32,000 nt of DNA from Mycolicibacterium smegmatis. GTDB taxonomy: Bacteria > Actinomycetota > Actinomycetes > Mycobacteriales > Mycobacteriaceae. Within the stretch, counting starts at the first letter, position 1, and the number at the start of each line of letters is the position of its first letter. The stretch lies in the NCBI RefSeq assembly GCF_001457595.1, contig NZ_LN831039.1, forward strand, positions 4,380,001 through 4,412,000, written 5' to 3'. Shown here piece by piece: positions 20,024 to 27,573 of this stretch. The notes below the pieces were generated by a model, which had not been told where the DNA came from, did not search any database, and was given only the letters and a program-made list of their open reading frames with translations. Position numbers and translations under genes: made by a program.

Positions 20024-20507
20024 GGTGCATGTGACGTTCGTCTGCTCGGGCAACATCTGCCGTTCCCCGATGGCCGAGAAGATGTTCGCCCACCAGATCG
20101 CCGAGCGCGGCCTGCGTGAGGTCGTGCGGGTCACCAGCGCGGGCACCGGTGGCTGGCACGCCGGCGACGGCGCCGACGAGCGTGCGTGCCTGGTGCTGGC
20201 CGACCGTGGCTACCCCACCGCGCACCGCGCCGCCGTCGTCGACGACGACCACCTGTCGGCCGACCTGGTGGTCGCCATGGGCCGCAACCACGCGCGGATC
20301 CTCGCCGACCTCGGGGTGGAGCCGGACCGGCTGCGCATGCTGCGCTCGTTCGATCCCCGCGCGGGCGCACACACCCCTGACGTCGAGGACCCGTATTACG
20401 GCACCCGCGACGACTTCGAGGCCGTCTTCGAGGTGATCGAGGCCGCGCTGCCCGGTCTTCACGACTGGGTCGACGAGGCCCTGGCCGCGAGAGGGATCGT
20501 GGCCTGA
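20016..20507 (+). CDS. ptpA: Low-molecular-weight protein tyrosine phosphatase
   Basis: VHVTFVCSGNICRSPMAEKMF (C-X5-R-S P-loop), VEDPYYGTRDDFEAVFEVIEAA (DP motif). GTG start overlaps the upstream gene by 8 bp. Confidence 0.94.
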   Translation: MSEVHVTFVCSGNICRSPMAEKMFAHQIAERGLREVVRVTSAGTGGWHAGDGADERACLVLADRGYPTAHRAAVVDDDHLSADLVVAMGRNHARILADLGVEPDRLRMLRSFDPRAGAHTPDVEDPYYGTRDDFEAVFEVIEAALPGLHDWVDEALAARGIVA

Positions 20508-21340
20508 TGCGCCGGCTCGGCTTTCTCCTGCGCCCGCAGTGGCTGGCGCTGATCGTCGTGGTGATCGCGTTCGCCTACCTGTGCTTCACGGTGCTCGCGC
20601 CGTGGCAGCTGGGCAAGAACACCAAGACCTCACGGGAGAACAGCCAGATCGCCAATTCGCTTCAGGCCGAACCGGTCCCGCTGACCGACATCCTGCCGCA
20701 CCAGGATTCCACCTCCGACGACCAATGGCGGCGGGTGACCGCGACGGGCCGCTACCTGCCCGAGGGACAGGTGCTCGCCCGGCTGCGCGTGATCGAAGGC
20801 GAACCCGCGTTCGAGGTTCTCACACCGTTCGCGGTCCAGGGCGGCCCGACCATCCTCGTCGACCGCGGATACGTGCGCCCCGTCGAGGGATCAGGGGTGC
20901 CCGCGATCGATCCGCCACCCACCGACACGGTGTCGATCACCGCGCGGCTGCGCGATTCGGAGGCCGTCGCGACCGGCAAGGAACCGTTCCGCGCCGACGG
21001 TGCGCTGCAGGTCTATTCGATCAACACCGGCCAGGTCTCCCAACTCACCGGGACACCGCTGGCCGGGTCGTACCTTCAACTCGTCGACGACCAGCCGGGC
21101 GGTCTGGGAGCGATCCCGCTGCCGCACCTGGACGCCGGGCCGTTCCTCTCCTACGGCATCCAGTGGATCGCGTTCGGCATCATCGCCCCGATCGGGTTGG
21201 GCTACTTCATGTATGCCGAGATCCAGCAACGGCGACGCGAACGCGCTGCGCAGGCGAAGAAGGACGCCGCGGGGCCCAAACCGGCGGCCGAACTCACACC
21301 CGAGGAGAAGCTCGCCGACCGCTACGGCAAGCGCCGCTGA
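20507..21340 (+). CDS. SURF1 family cytochrome oxidase assembly protein (Rv2235-like)
   Basis: MRRLGFLLRPQWLALIVVVIAFAYLCFTVLAPWQLGKNTKTSRENSQI...RVIEGEPAFEVLTPFAVQGGPTILVDRGYV...YGIQWIAFGIIAPIGLGYFMY: N- and C-terminal transmembrane helices and the SURF1 pattern. Confidence 0.92.
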   Translation: MRRLGFLLRPQWLALIVVVIAFAYLCFTVLAPWQLGKNTKTSRENSQIANSLQAEPVPLTDILPHQDSTSDDQWRRVTATGRYLPEGQVLARLRVIEGEPAFEVLTPFAVQGGPTILVDRGYVRPVEGSGVPAIDPPPTDTVSITARLRDSEAVATGKEPFRADGALQVYSINTGQVSQLTGTPLAGSYLQLVDDQPGGLGAIPLPHLDAGPFLSYGIQWIAFGIIAPIGLGYFMYAEIQQRRRERAAQAKKDAAGPKPAAELTPEEKLADRYGKRR

Positions 21341-22283
21341 GCCATCCCGCGGCCGCCACCGCCACCAGCGCGGCCGCGCCCTGCACGGCGCGCGAGAGTC
21401 GCACCGCCCTGCCGACATCCGCGACCTCGGGCGCGCGACCGTTCCCCAGCGACGGGCGGATCTCCAGCTGATGCGCGTACTGTGTCGGCCCACCGAGCCG
21501 CACGCCCAGCGCCCCGGCGAACGACGCCTCCACCACACCCGCGTTGGGGCTCGGATGACGCGCCGCGTCACGTCGCCACGCGCGCAACGCCGCGACGGGC
21601 GAGCCCCCCACCACCGGCGCGCACATCGCCACCAGCAGGCCCGTGACGCGGGCCGGCACGTAGTTCAGCACGTCATCGAATCGCGCTGCGGCCCAACCGA
21701 ACCGGAGATACCGCGGCGAGCGGTGGCCGATCATGGCGTCGAGGGTGTTGGCGCCGCGGTACACCAACACGCCCGGTACACCGGCGACCGCGGCCCACAG
21801 CAGCGGCGCGACCTGCGCGTCGGAGGTGTTCTCGGCCAACGATTCGACCGTCGCGCGGGTCAGGCCCGCGGCGTCCAGCGAGGCCGGGTCCCGTCCGCAC
21901 AACGACGGCACGAGCGCCCGGGCGCCATCCACGTCATCGGCGGCCAGCAGGTCCGCCATGCGATCACCGACGCGGTTGAGCGAGGTCCCGCCGAGCGCCA
22001 CGTACGTCGCGGCAGCCAGTCCCAGGTGTGGGCGGTTTCGGCGCTGCGCGGCCACCCCCAACAGCGCGAGACCCGCCAGCAGCAGGCCCGTGTGCGCCGT
22101 CCCCGCCGCCCGGTTGTCGCGATAGGTCAGGCGTTCCAGCCGTGCCGCGCCGGAACCGAACAGCGCGACGGGATGCCCTCGCCGCGGGTCGGCGAACACC
22201 AGGTCGGCGAGATACCCACACGCGATCCCCGCGGCCGTGCCCGCAACCACAGATCGGTTCCCCCGGCTACTCGACGCAAACAC
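21294..22283 (-). CDS. cobD: Adenosylcobinamide-phosphate synthase (CobD/CbiB)
   Basis: AAGIACGYLADLVFADPRRGHPVALFG...RDPASLDAAGLTRATVESLAENTSDAQVAPLLWAAVAGVPGVLVYRGANTLDAMIGHRSPRY...: diagnostic CbiB sequence. Confidence 0.94.
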   Translation of the reverse strand: MFASSSRGNRSVVAGTAAGIACGYLADLVFADPRRGHPVALFGSGAARLERLTYRDNRAAGTAHTGLLLAGLALLGVAAQRRNRPHLGLAAATYVALGGTSLNRVGDRMADLLAADDVDGARALVPSLCGRDPASLDAAGLTRATVESLAENTSDAQVAPLLWAAVAGVPGVLVYRGANTLDAMIGHRSPRYLRFGWAAARFDDVLNYVPARVTGLLVAMCAPVVGGSPVAALRAWRRDAARHPSPNAGVVEASFAGALGVRLGGPTQYAHQLEIRPSLGNGRAPEVADVGRAVRLSRAVQGAAALVAVAAAGWLSGACRSGRRASPRV

Positions 22284-22428
22284 CTCGGCAGCGTCTCACA
22301 CGGTTATCCACCCGCACACACGAGGCCGGGCCCACCGCTGTGCGCTGCACGCGGTGCCGGCCACGCCGTGCCGGGTCTTCAATCTCTTTGCCGCCACAGG
22401 CTTTCTACCGAACGAGTTCCGCGTCCGC

Positions 22429-22659
22429 ATGACCCTCGACTGGTCCGCCGACCAGCAACGACGGTACGAAAAGTTGTTGCAGGTGCGGCGAATCGCCGAC
22501 CGCGTGATGCCCCGCGAGGCATGGTTGCTGGGGAACCAGCTGTACCTTTGGACATGCGGGTCCGAAATGTCGTTGGCAAAAGGATTGTCTGATGGTCGAA
22601 TCGAGCAGTGCTGCTCCCTCATTCCCCACCCTCAACCACGTCGCGGTGACCGTGCGTGA
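22429..22659 (+). CDS. Small hypothetical ORF (76 aa) overlapping the start of the VOC gene
   Basis: MTLDWSADQQRRYEKLLQVRRIADRVMPREAWLLGNQLYLWTCGSEMSLAKGLSDGR...; first roughly 45 codons mostly end in G/C. Family not recognised. Confidence 0.35.
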   Translation: MTLDWSADQQRRYEKLLQVRRIADRVMPREAWLLGNQLYLWTCGSEMSLAKGLSDGRIEQCCSLIPHPQPRRGDRA

Positions 22660-23008
22660 CCTCGCGGTCAGCGGCCCGTGGTACCGCGCGCTGATCGGCG
22701 CCGACCCGGTGCTCGACGAGCGCACCGACGCCGGTTTCCACCACATCGTGTGGGCGCTTCCCGGCGGCACCCTGTTCGGTATCCACCAGCACGACAAGCG
22801 CGCAGAAGCCGAGCAGTTCACCGAGTTCCGTGTCGGCCTCGACCACGTCAGCTTCGGCGTCGGCAGCCGCGATGACCTGCAGGTGTGGCAGAACCGGCTC
22901 GACGAACTCGGTATCGCCCACGGCGGCATCGTCGACGCCCCGTACGGGTCGGGTCTGAGTTTCCGCGATCCCGACGGCATCGCACTGGAGTTCTTCGCGG
23001 GGAACTGA
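22592..23008 (+). CDS. VOC (glyoxalase/bleomycin resistance/dioxygenase) family protein
   Basis: FPTLNHVAVTVRDLAVSGPWYRALIGADPVLDERTDAGFHHIVWALPGGTLFGIHQH...GLDHVSFGV...FRDPDGIALEFFAGN. Confidence 0.92.
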   Translation: MVESSSAAPSFPTLNHVAVTVRDLAVSGPWYRALIGADPVLDERTDAGFHHIVWALPGGTLFGIHQHDKRAEAEQFTEFRVGLDHVSFGVGSRDDLQVWQNRLDELGIAHGGIVDAPYGSGLSFRDPDGIALEFFAGN

Positions 23009-23072
23009 ATCCCGCGCTCGGGGCGCATATCGGGAGTGTTCGCGGATAGGATCCTGCTTCGGAGGAACATCC

Positions 23073-23588
23073 GTGAAAAACCTGATACCCGCGGTGGCCG
23101 TGTCGACGGCGATCGGTTTCGTGGTCGGCGGGATGGAAGCGTCTGCCCCACCCGCCGAACCCGCGGCCAACCCGGCCCCGCCGTTGCCGGATCCGGGTGT
23201 CTACCTCGTCACCGAGACCGCGGCCGCCGAGCTTTTCGAACCGTACGACTGGTCGCTGTCGGATTGCGGACCAGGATGCTTGCATGTGCTGTCGCACTCC
23301 CCTGGTGCACCGGGGGCGTCGTGGGACATGGAGATGCCGTGGCTCGCCTCGGCCGATGACGCTCAGGGCGCCTGGGTGGGTGAACACACCAATCCGGGCA
23401 TGGTGTGCGACATCGGCACCCCCGAACAACGACAGACCGGCCCGGTGCGGATGAAGTACATCATCCGTCCCGATCTGACCGGGTTCGTCAACATGGGCTT
23501 CTCGCAGGACAATCCGTCGTGCGCGGGCGACACCGAACCGCGCAGCCGCAACCTGGTGCTGCGCCGCGCGCCGATGGTGTGGTCCTGA
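23073..23588 (+). CDS. Secreted hypothetical protein with four cysteines in the mature part
   Basis: MKNLIPAVAVSTAIGFVVGGMEASAPPAEPAANPAPPLPDPG (signal-peptide-like then Pro/Ala-rich); cysteines in DCGPGC, MVCDIG and PSCAGD. Confidence 0.75.
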   Translation: MKNLIPAVAVSTAIGFVVGGMEASAPPAEPAANPAPPLPDPGVYLVTETAAAELFEPYDWSLSDCGPGCLHVLSHSPGAPGASWDMEMPWLASADDAQGAWVGEHTNPGMVCDIGTPEQRQTGPVRMKYIIRPDLTGFVNMGFSQDNPSCAGDTEPRSRNLVLRRAPMVWS

Positions 23589-23682
23589 ATTTTCCGCACC
23601 GGCTCACGTTTGGGCACTCGCGAACGTCTACAGGGTGTAAGCATCCGATATACGCGAGGAAACCGACAACCGTGAAGCAGAC

Positions 23683-24174
23683 ATGAAGGCCCCGTTCGAA
23701 CGCGTCGTCCAACGCCACGGCCCGGCGGTGCTGCGGGTGTGCACATTCGTGCTGGGGCCGCTCGACGCCGAAGACGCCTGGTCGGACACCTTTCTGGCGG
23801 CTCTGCGTGCCTATCCCGACCTGGCCGACGACGCCAACGTCGAGGCCTGGCTCGTGACCATCGCCCACCGCAAATGTGTGGACATCATCCGGCGTCGCGA
23901 ACGCGAAGCCCTCGCCATCGGTGATGTGCCGGATCGCCCGACCACTATCGGCGTGCCAGGCGCCGCCGACGACCAACTCACCTCCGCGGTGCGCGCACTG
24001 CCGCCCAAGCAGCGGCAGGCGGTGGCCTACCACTATTTCGTCGGCCTGCCGTACGCCGAGATCGCCGCACTGCTGGGCGGTACCGCCGACGCGGCCCGCA
24101 AGGCCGCCTCCGACGGAATCGCCACACTGCGAACCCATTATCCGGACGCCCTGCCGAAAGGAGCGCACCGATGA
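23683..24174 (+). CDS. ECF-type RNA polymerase sigma factor (163 aa)
   Basis: RHGPAVLRVCTFVLGPLDAEDAWSDTFLAALRAYP...NVEAWLVTIAHRKCVDIIRRRERE (region 2) and LPPKQRQAVAYHYFVGLPYAEIAALLGGTADAARKAASDGIATLR (region 4). Confidence 0.9.
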   Translation: MKAPFERVVQRHGPAVLRVCTFVLGPLDAEDAWSDTFLAALRAYPDLADDANVEAWLVTIAHRKCVDIIRRREREALAIGDVPDRPTTIGVPGAADDQLTSAVRALPPKQRQAVAYHYFVGLPYAEIAALLGGTADAARKAASDGIATLRTHYPDALPKGAHR

Positions 24175-24734
24175 ACGACACCCTGACCCGCCTGCACCGA
24201 CGCCTCGAACAGTCCGCGACCACTGATGGGCTGCTCGACGTCGCCTACACCACCGTCGACACTCCCGTGGGACCACTTCTTTTGGCCGCCACCGAGATCG
24301 GACTCGTGCGCGTCGCATTCGCCACCGAGGACCACGATGCCGTGCTGGACACCCTGGCGCAGCGGCTGAGCCCGCGGATCCTGCGCGCACCTCAACGCCT
24401 TGCCGATGCCGCACGGCAGATCGACGAGTATTTCGCCGGTGCGCGAACACAATTCGACGTTGCACTGGATCACTCACTGTCACACGGTTTCCGGCAGCTC
24501 GTGCAGCGCCGGCTGTCGCAGATCCCGTACGGGCACACCATGTCCTACAAGGATGTGGCCGAGATCGTGGGCAATCCCAACGCCGTTCGCGCGGTCGGGT
24601 CGGCATGCTCCACCAATCCCCTTCCGGTCGTGGTGCCGTGCCACCGTGTGCTGCGCTCCGACGGCAGCCTGGGTGGCTACATCGGTGGGCTGGGCGCGAA
24701 AACGGCGCTGCTGGAACTGGAGCGGGCGGCATGA
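24171..24734 (+). CDS. Methylated-DNA--[protein]-cysteine S-methyltransferase (Ogt/MGMT-like)
   Basis: IPYGHTMSYKDVAEIVGNPNAVRAVGSACSTNPLPVVVPCHRVLRSDGSLGGYIGGLGAKTALLELE; active-site PCHRV at 24636-24650. ATGA overlap with the sigma gene. Confidence 0.93.
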   Translation: MNDTLTRLHRRLEQSATTDGLLDVAYTTVDTPVGPLLLAATEIGLVRVAFATEDHDAVLDTLAQRLSPRILRAPQRLADAARQIDEYFAGARTQFDVALDHSLSHGFRQLVQRRLSQIPYGHTMSYKDVAEIVGNPNAVRAVGSACSTNPLPVVVPCHRVLRSDGSLGGYIGGLGAKTALLELERAA

Positions 24735-25444
24735 CCGATCGGTGGCGGGCCAGGGTCGACAGCGGTGACTGGCCCGCCATCGCGGCCGAACTCGACGAGT
24801 ACGGCGGCGCCCTGCTGCCTCGACTGCTCACCGCGGCCGAGACCGAGCGGTTGCGCGCGCTCTACGGCGACGACGAGCGGTTCCGCAGCACGATCGACAT
24901 GGTCCGCTACCGCTACGGCCAAGGGCAGTACCGCTATCTGCGCACGCCGTATCCCGAACCGCTCGAAGCGCTCAAACACGCGCTGTATCCCCGCCTGCTG
25001 CCCATCGCCCGCGAGTGGTGGACCAGACTCGGGCGCACCCCGCCGTGGCCCGACACCCTCGACGAGTGGCTCGACATGTGTCACCGCGCGGGACAGACCA
25101 AGTCGACGGCGATCCTGCTGCGCTACGGCGCAGGCGACTGGAACGCACTGCACCGCGACCTCTACGGAGATCTGGTGTTTCCGCTGCAGGTCGTCGTCAA
25201 CCTCAACGAACCGGGCCGCGACTACACCGGCGGCGAGTTCCTACTCCTCGAACAACGTCCCCGCGCGCAGTCGCGCGGCACCGCCACACAATTGCCCCAC
25301 GGCCACGGCTTCGTGTTCACCACACGCGACCGCCCGGTGCGATCGACGCGCGGATGGTCGGCCGCGCCCGTGCGCCACGGCGTGTCGGCCGTGCGCTCAG
25401 GAGAGCGCACGACGCTGGCCCTGGTGTTCCACGACGCCACCTGA
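24731..25444 (+). CDS. 2OG-Fe(II) oxygenase family protein
   Basis: MTDRWRARVDSGDWPAIAAELDEYGGALLPRLLTAAETERLRALY...HRDLYGDLVFPLQVVVNLNEPGRDYTGGEFLLLEQR...PVRHGVSAVRSGERTTLALVFHD: HxD...H...R jelly-roll pattern. ATGA overlap with the MGMT gene. Confidence 0.85.
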   Translation: MTDRWRARVDSGDWPAIAAELDEYGGALLPRLLTAAETERLRALYGDDERFRSTIDMVRYRYGQGQYRYLRTPYPEPLEALKHALYPRLLPIAREWWTRLGRTPPWPDTLDEWLDMCHRAGQTKSTAILLRYGAGDWNALHRDLYGDLVFPLQVVVNLNEPGRDYTGGEFLLLEQRPRAQSRGTATQLPHGHGFVFTTRDRPVRSTRGWSAAPVRHGVSAVRSGERTTLALVFHDAT

Positions 25445-25449
25445 CTCTG

Positions 25450-25513
25450 CGCCGAGCGTGCGGTTTCATACGCGACACACCGCGTCAGGCGGATGAGATC
25501 GCACGCTCGGCAC
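25450..25513. repeat. 64-bp hairpin-forming repeat, copy A
   Basis: cgccgaGcgtgcggtttcatacgcgacacAccgcgtcaggcggatgagaTcgcacgctcggcAc; 60/64 identical to copy B. Stem 25451-25469 / 25493-25511 (19 bp including two G.U wobbles), inner hairpin ACGCG-acacac-CGCGT. Confidence 0.9.
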
Positions 25514-25594
25514 ACAATCACGGCTTGCTCAGGGCCCCGCGGGGGTACTCCGAGACGTCAACAGACGTCGAGTCCCGGCCTTGAAGGGTTGATC

Positions 25595-26413
25595 ATGAGC
25601 AACACCAGCCAGCGCGAACTGGGAAAGACGAACCGTCCGATCGAAGACGCGCTGGAGGACACCTTCGAAAGAACCATCGACGAGGGCAGCCAGCGCCTGC
25701 ACCGCCGCTGGCGGGAAATCCTCGTCACCGGGTTCTTCGGCGGCACCGAGGTCGCGATGGGCGTCCTGGCCTACCTGGCCGTCCTGAACGCCACGGGCAA
25801 CCAACTCCTGGCGGGTCTGGCGTTCTCGATCGGTTTTCTCGCTCTCCTGTTGGGCCACAGCGAGTTGTTCACCGAGGGCTTCCTGGTGCCGGTGACCACC
25901 GTGGCCGCCAAGCGCGCCAGCGTCGCGCAACTCTTCAAGTTGTGGGGTGGCACGCTCGCGGCGAACCTGGTGGGCGGCTGGGTCATCATGTGGCTGATCA
26001 TGTTGGGCTTTCCGAAGCTGCACGCCCAGACCGTGGAATCGGCCTCGCACTTCGCCACCGCCCCGCTGTCGGCGGAGACCGTCGCGCTGGGCCTGCTCGG
26101 CGGCATGGCCATCACCCTCATGACGCGCATGCAGCACGGCACCGACTCGGTTCCCGGAAAGATCGCGGCGGCCGTGGCAGGTGCTTTCCTGCTCGCCGGC
26201 CTGCAGATGTTCCACTCGATCCTCGACTCGCTGCTCATCTTCGGTGCGATCTTCACCGGCGAGGCCTCGTTCGGATACCTTGACTGGCTCAAATGGTTCG
26301 GCTACACCGTCGTCGCCAACGTGGCCGGCGGACTGATCCTGGTGACACTGTTACGCCTGCTGCGCAGCAAGGAGCGGATCGAAGAGGAGCGCGAAGAAGC
26401 GGACGCCGAGTGA
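25595..26413 (+). CDS. Formate/nitrite transporter (FNT) family protein
   Basis: MSNTSQRELGKTNRPIEDALEDTFERTIDEGSQRLHRRWREILVTGFFGGTEVAMGVLAYLAVL...LLLGHSELFTEGFLVPV...LFKLWGGTLAANLVGGWVIMW...; FNT channel signatures, multiple transmembrane helices. Confidence 0.88.
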   Translation: MSNTSQRELGKTNRPIEDALEDTFERTIDEGSQRLHRRWREILVTGFFGGTEVAMGVLAYLAVLNATGNQLLAGLAFSIGFLALLLGHSELFTEGFLVPVTTVAAKRASVAQLFKLWGGTLAANLVGGWVIMWLIMLGFPKLHAQTVESASHFATAPLSAETVALGLLGGMAITLMTRMQHGTDSVPGKIAAAVAGAFLLAGLQMFHSILDSLLIFGAIFTGEASFGYLDWLKWFGYTVVANVAGGLILVTLLRLLRSKERIEEEREEADAE

Positions 26414-26451
26414 ACCAGCGTGAAACCTGTTCGACGGCAACGCTTCCAGAT

Positions 26452-26515
26452 CGCCGACCGTGCGGTTTCATACGCGACACGCCGCGTCAGGCGGATGAGA
26501 CCGCACGCTCGGCGC
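26452..26515. repeat. 64-bp hairpin-forming repeat, copy B
   Basis: cgccgaCcgtgcggtttcatacgcgacacGccgcgtcaggcggatgagaCcgcacgctcggcGc; same orientation as copy A, exactly 1002 bp downstream. Confidence 0.9.
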
Positions 26516-26532
26516 GAGGAGAGGAAAAAGAG

Positions 26533-26604
26533 TGGGCGCGGACGGTATCGAACCGCCGACCGCTGGTGTGTAAAACCAGAGCTCTACCACTGAGCTACGC
26601 GCCC
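26533..26604 (-). tRNA. tRNA-Val, anticodon UAC
   Basis: Minus strand GGGCGCG-TA-GCTC-AGTGGTA-GAGC-T-CTGGT-TTTACAC-ACCAG-CGGTC-GGCGG-TTCGATA-CCGTC-CGCGCCC-A folds as a complete cloverleaf; anticodon TAC. Confidence 0.95.
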
Positions 26605-26664
26605 CGCCGCAGGCACGGTACACGGCCAAGCGCCGTGACCGGAAATCCCACACCGGGATCTTAG

Positions 26665-27135
26665 TCAGGCGCGCAGCGCCTGCAGTGCCGCAGTCCAGAC
26701 TTTCTGGTCGCGCACCTGACCGGGCTCCATCATCTCGGCGAACCGGATGATGCCGGAGCGGTCGACGACGAAGGTGCCGCGGTTGGGATAGCCCGCGTCC
26801 TCGTTGAACACGCCGTAGTCCCGGGCCACCTTGCCGTGCGGCCAGAAATCCGACAGCACCGGGAAGGTGAATCCGCTTTCGATGGACCAGATCTTGTGCG
26901 TGGGAGGCGGACCGACCGAGACGGCGATGACGGCCGAGTGGTCGTTCTCGTAGAGCGGGAGCTGATCACGGATCGCGCCGAGTTCGCCCTCGCACACACC
27001 GGTGAACGCCAGCGGGAAGAACACCACCAGCACGTCCCTGGGGTTCTCGCCCGTGCGGTAGTCGCTGAGCGTGACCGGCCGGTTGTTCTGGTCTCGCAGG
27101 GTGAAATCGGGCGCGGGTGTGCCGACGTCGAGCAC
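26665..27135 (-). CDS. ahpE: Peroxiredoxin, AhpE-like
   Basis: GTG start: MLDVGTPAPDFTLRDQNNRPVTLSDYRTG...VLVVFFPLAFTGVCEGELGAIRD (TGVC peroxidatic Cys). Equivalent to Rv2238c. Confidence 0.95.
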   Translation of the reverse strand: MLDVGTPAPDFTLRDQNNRPVTLSDYRTGENPRDVLVVFFPLAFTGVCEGELGAIRDQLPLYENDHSAVIAVSVGPPPTHKIWSIESGFTFPVLSDFWPHGKVARDYGVFNEDAGYPNRGTFVVDRSGIIRFAEMMEPGQVRDQKVWTAALQALRA

Positions 27136-27573
27136 TCAGCCGCGCTTCCCGGCGGCCTTCGACTTCGGCTGCACCAGCCGGCTGGCCGTCCAGTCCCCCA
27201 GTTTCGCCGACGAGGTCTGCATCAGACCGGCCGTGGGCGCCGATTCGGCGATCTCGGCCGGCAGCACGTGCCCTGGCTTGCCGGTCTTGGGCGTCAGCAC
27301 CCAGATCACGCCGTCCTCGGCGAGTGGGGTGATGGCGTCCATCAGCCGGTCGACCAGGTCCCCGTCGTTGTCGCGCCACCACAACAGCACGACGTCGACC
27401 ACCTCGTCGGAGTCCTCGTCGAGCAGCTCCGAACCGCACGCCTCTTCGACGTCGGCCCGGATGTCGTCGTCGGTATCCTCGTCCCAACCCAACTCCTGGA
27501 CAACCTGATCCTTTTGGATGCCCAGAATTCGAGCGTAGTTCGGGTCAGAATCCTTCCCCGCCGCCGCGACCAC
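27136..27573 (-). CDS. DUF3052 family protein (Rv2239c-like)
   Basis: MVAAAGKDSDPNYARILGIQKDQVVQELGWDEDTDDDIRADVEEACGSELLDEDSDEVVDVVLLWWRDNDGDLVDRLMDAITPLAEDGVIWVLTPKTGKPGHV...; directly abuts ahpE. Confidence 0.88.
   Translation of the reverse strand: MVAAAGKDSDPNYARILGIQKDQVVQELGWDEDTDDDIRADVEEACGSELLDEDSDEVVDVVLLWWRDNDGDLVDRLMDAITPLAEDGVIWVLTPKTGKPGHVLPAEIAESAPTAGLMQTSSAKLGDWTASRLVQPKSKAAGKRG

Noticed and set aside
21000-22592. 530-aa plus-strand ORF overlapping SURF1 and cobD
   Set aside because: Covers the cobD complement and a different frame of SURF1; no coherent domain.
25015-25584. 189-aa plus-strand ORF overlapping the oxygenase gene and repeat copy A
   Set aside because: Out-of-frame reading of the 2OG-Fe(II) oxygenase. 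The peptide CGFIRDTPRQADE is shared with ORF 26293..26664 only because both read through the two copies of the DNA repeat; not evidence of a protein family.
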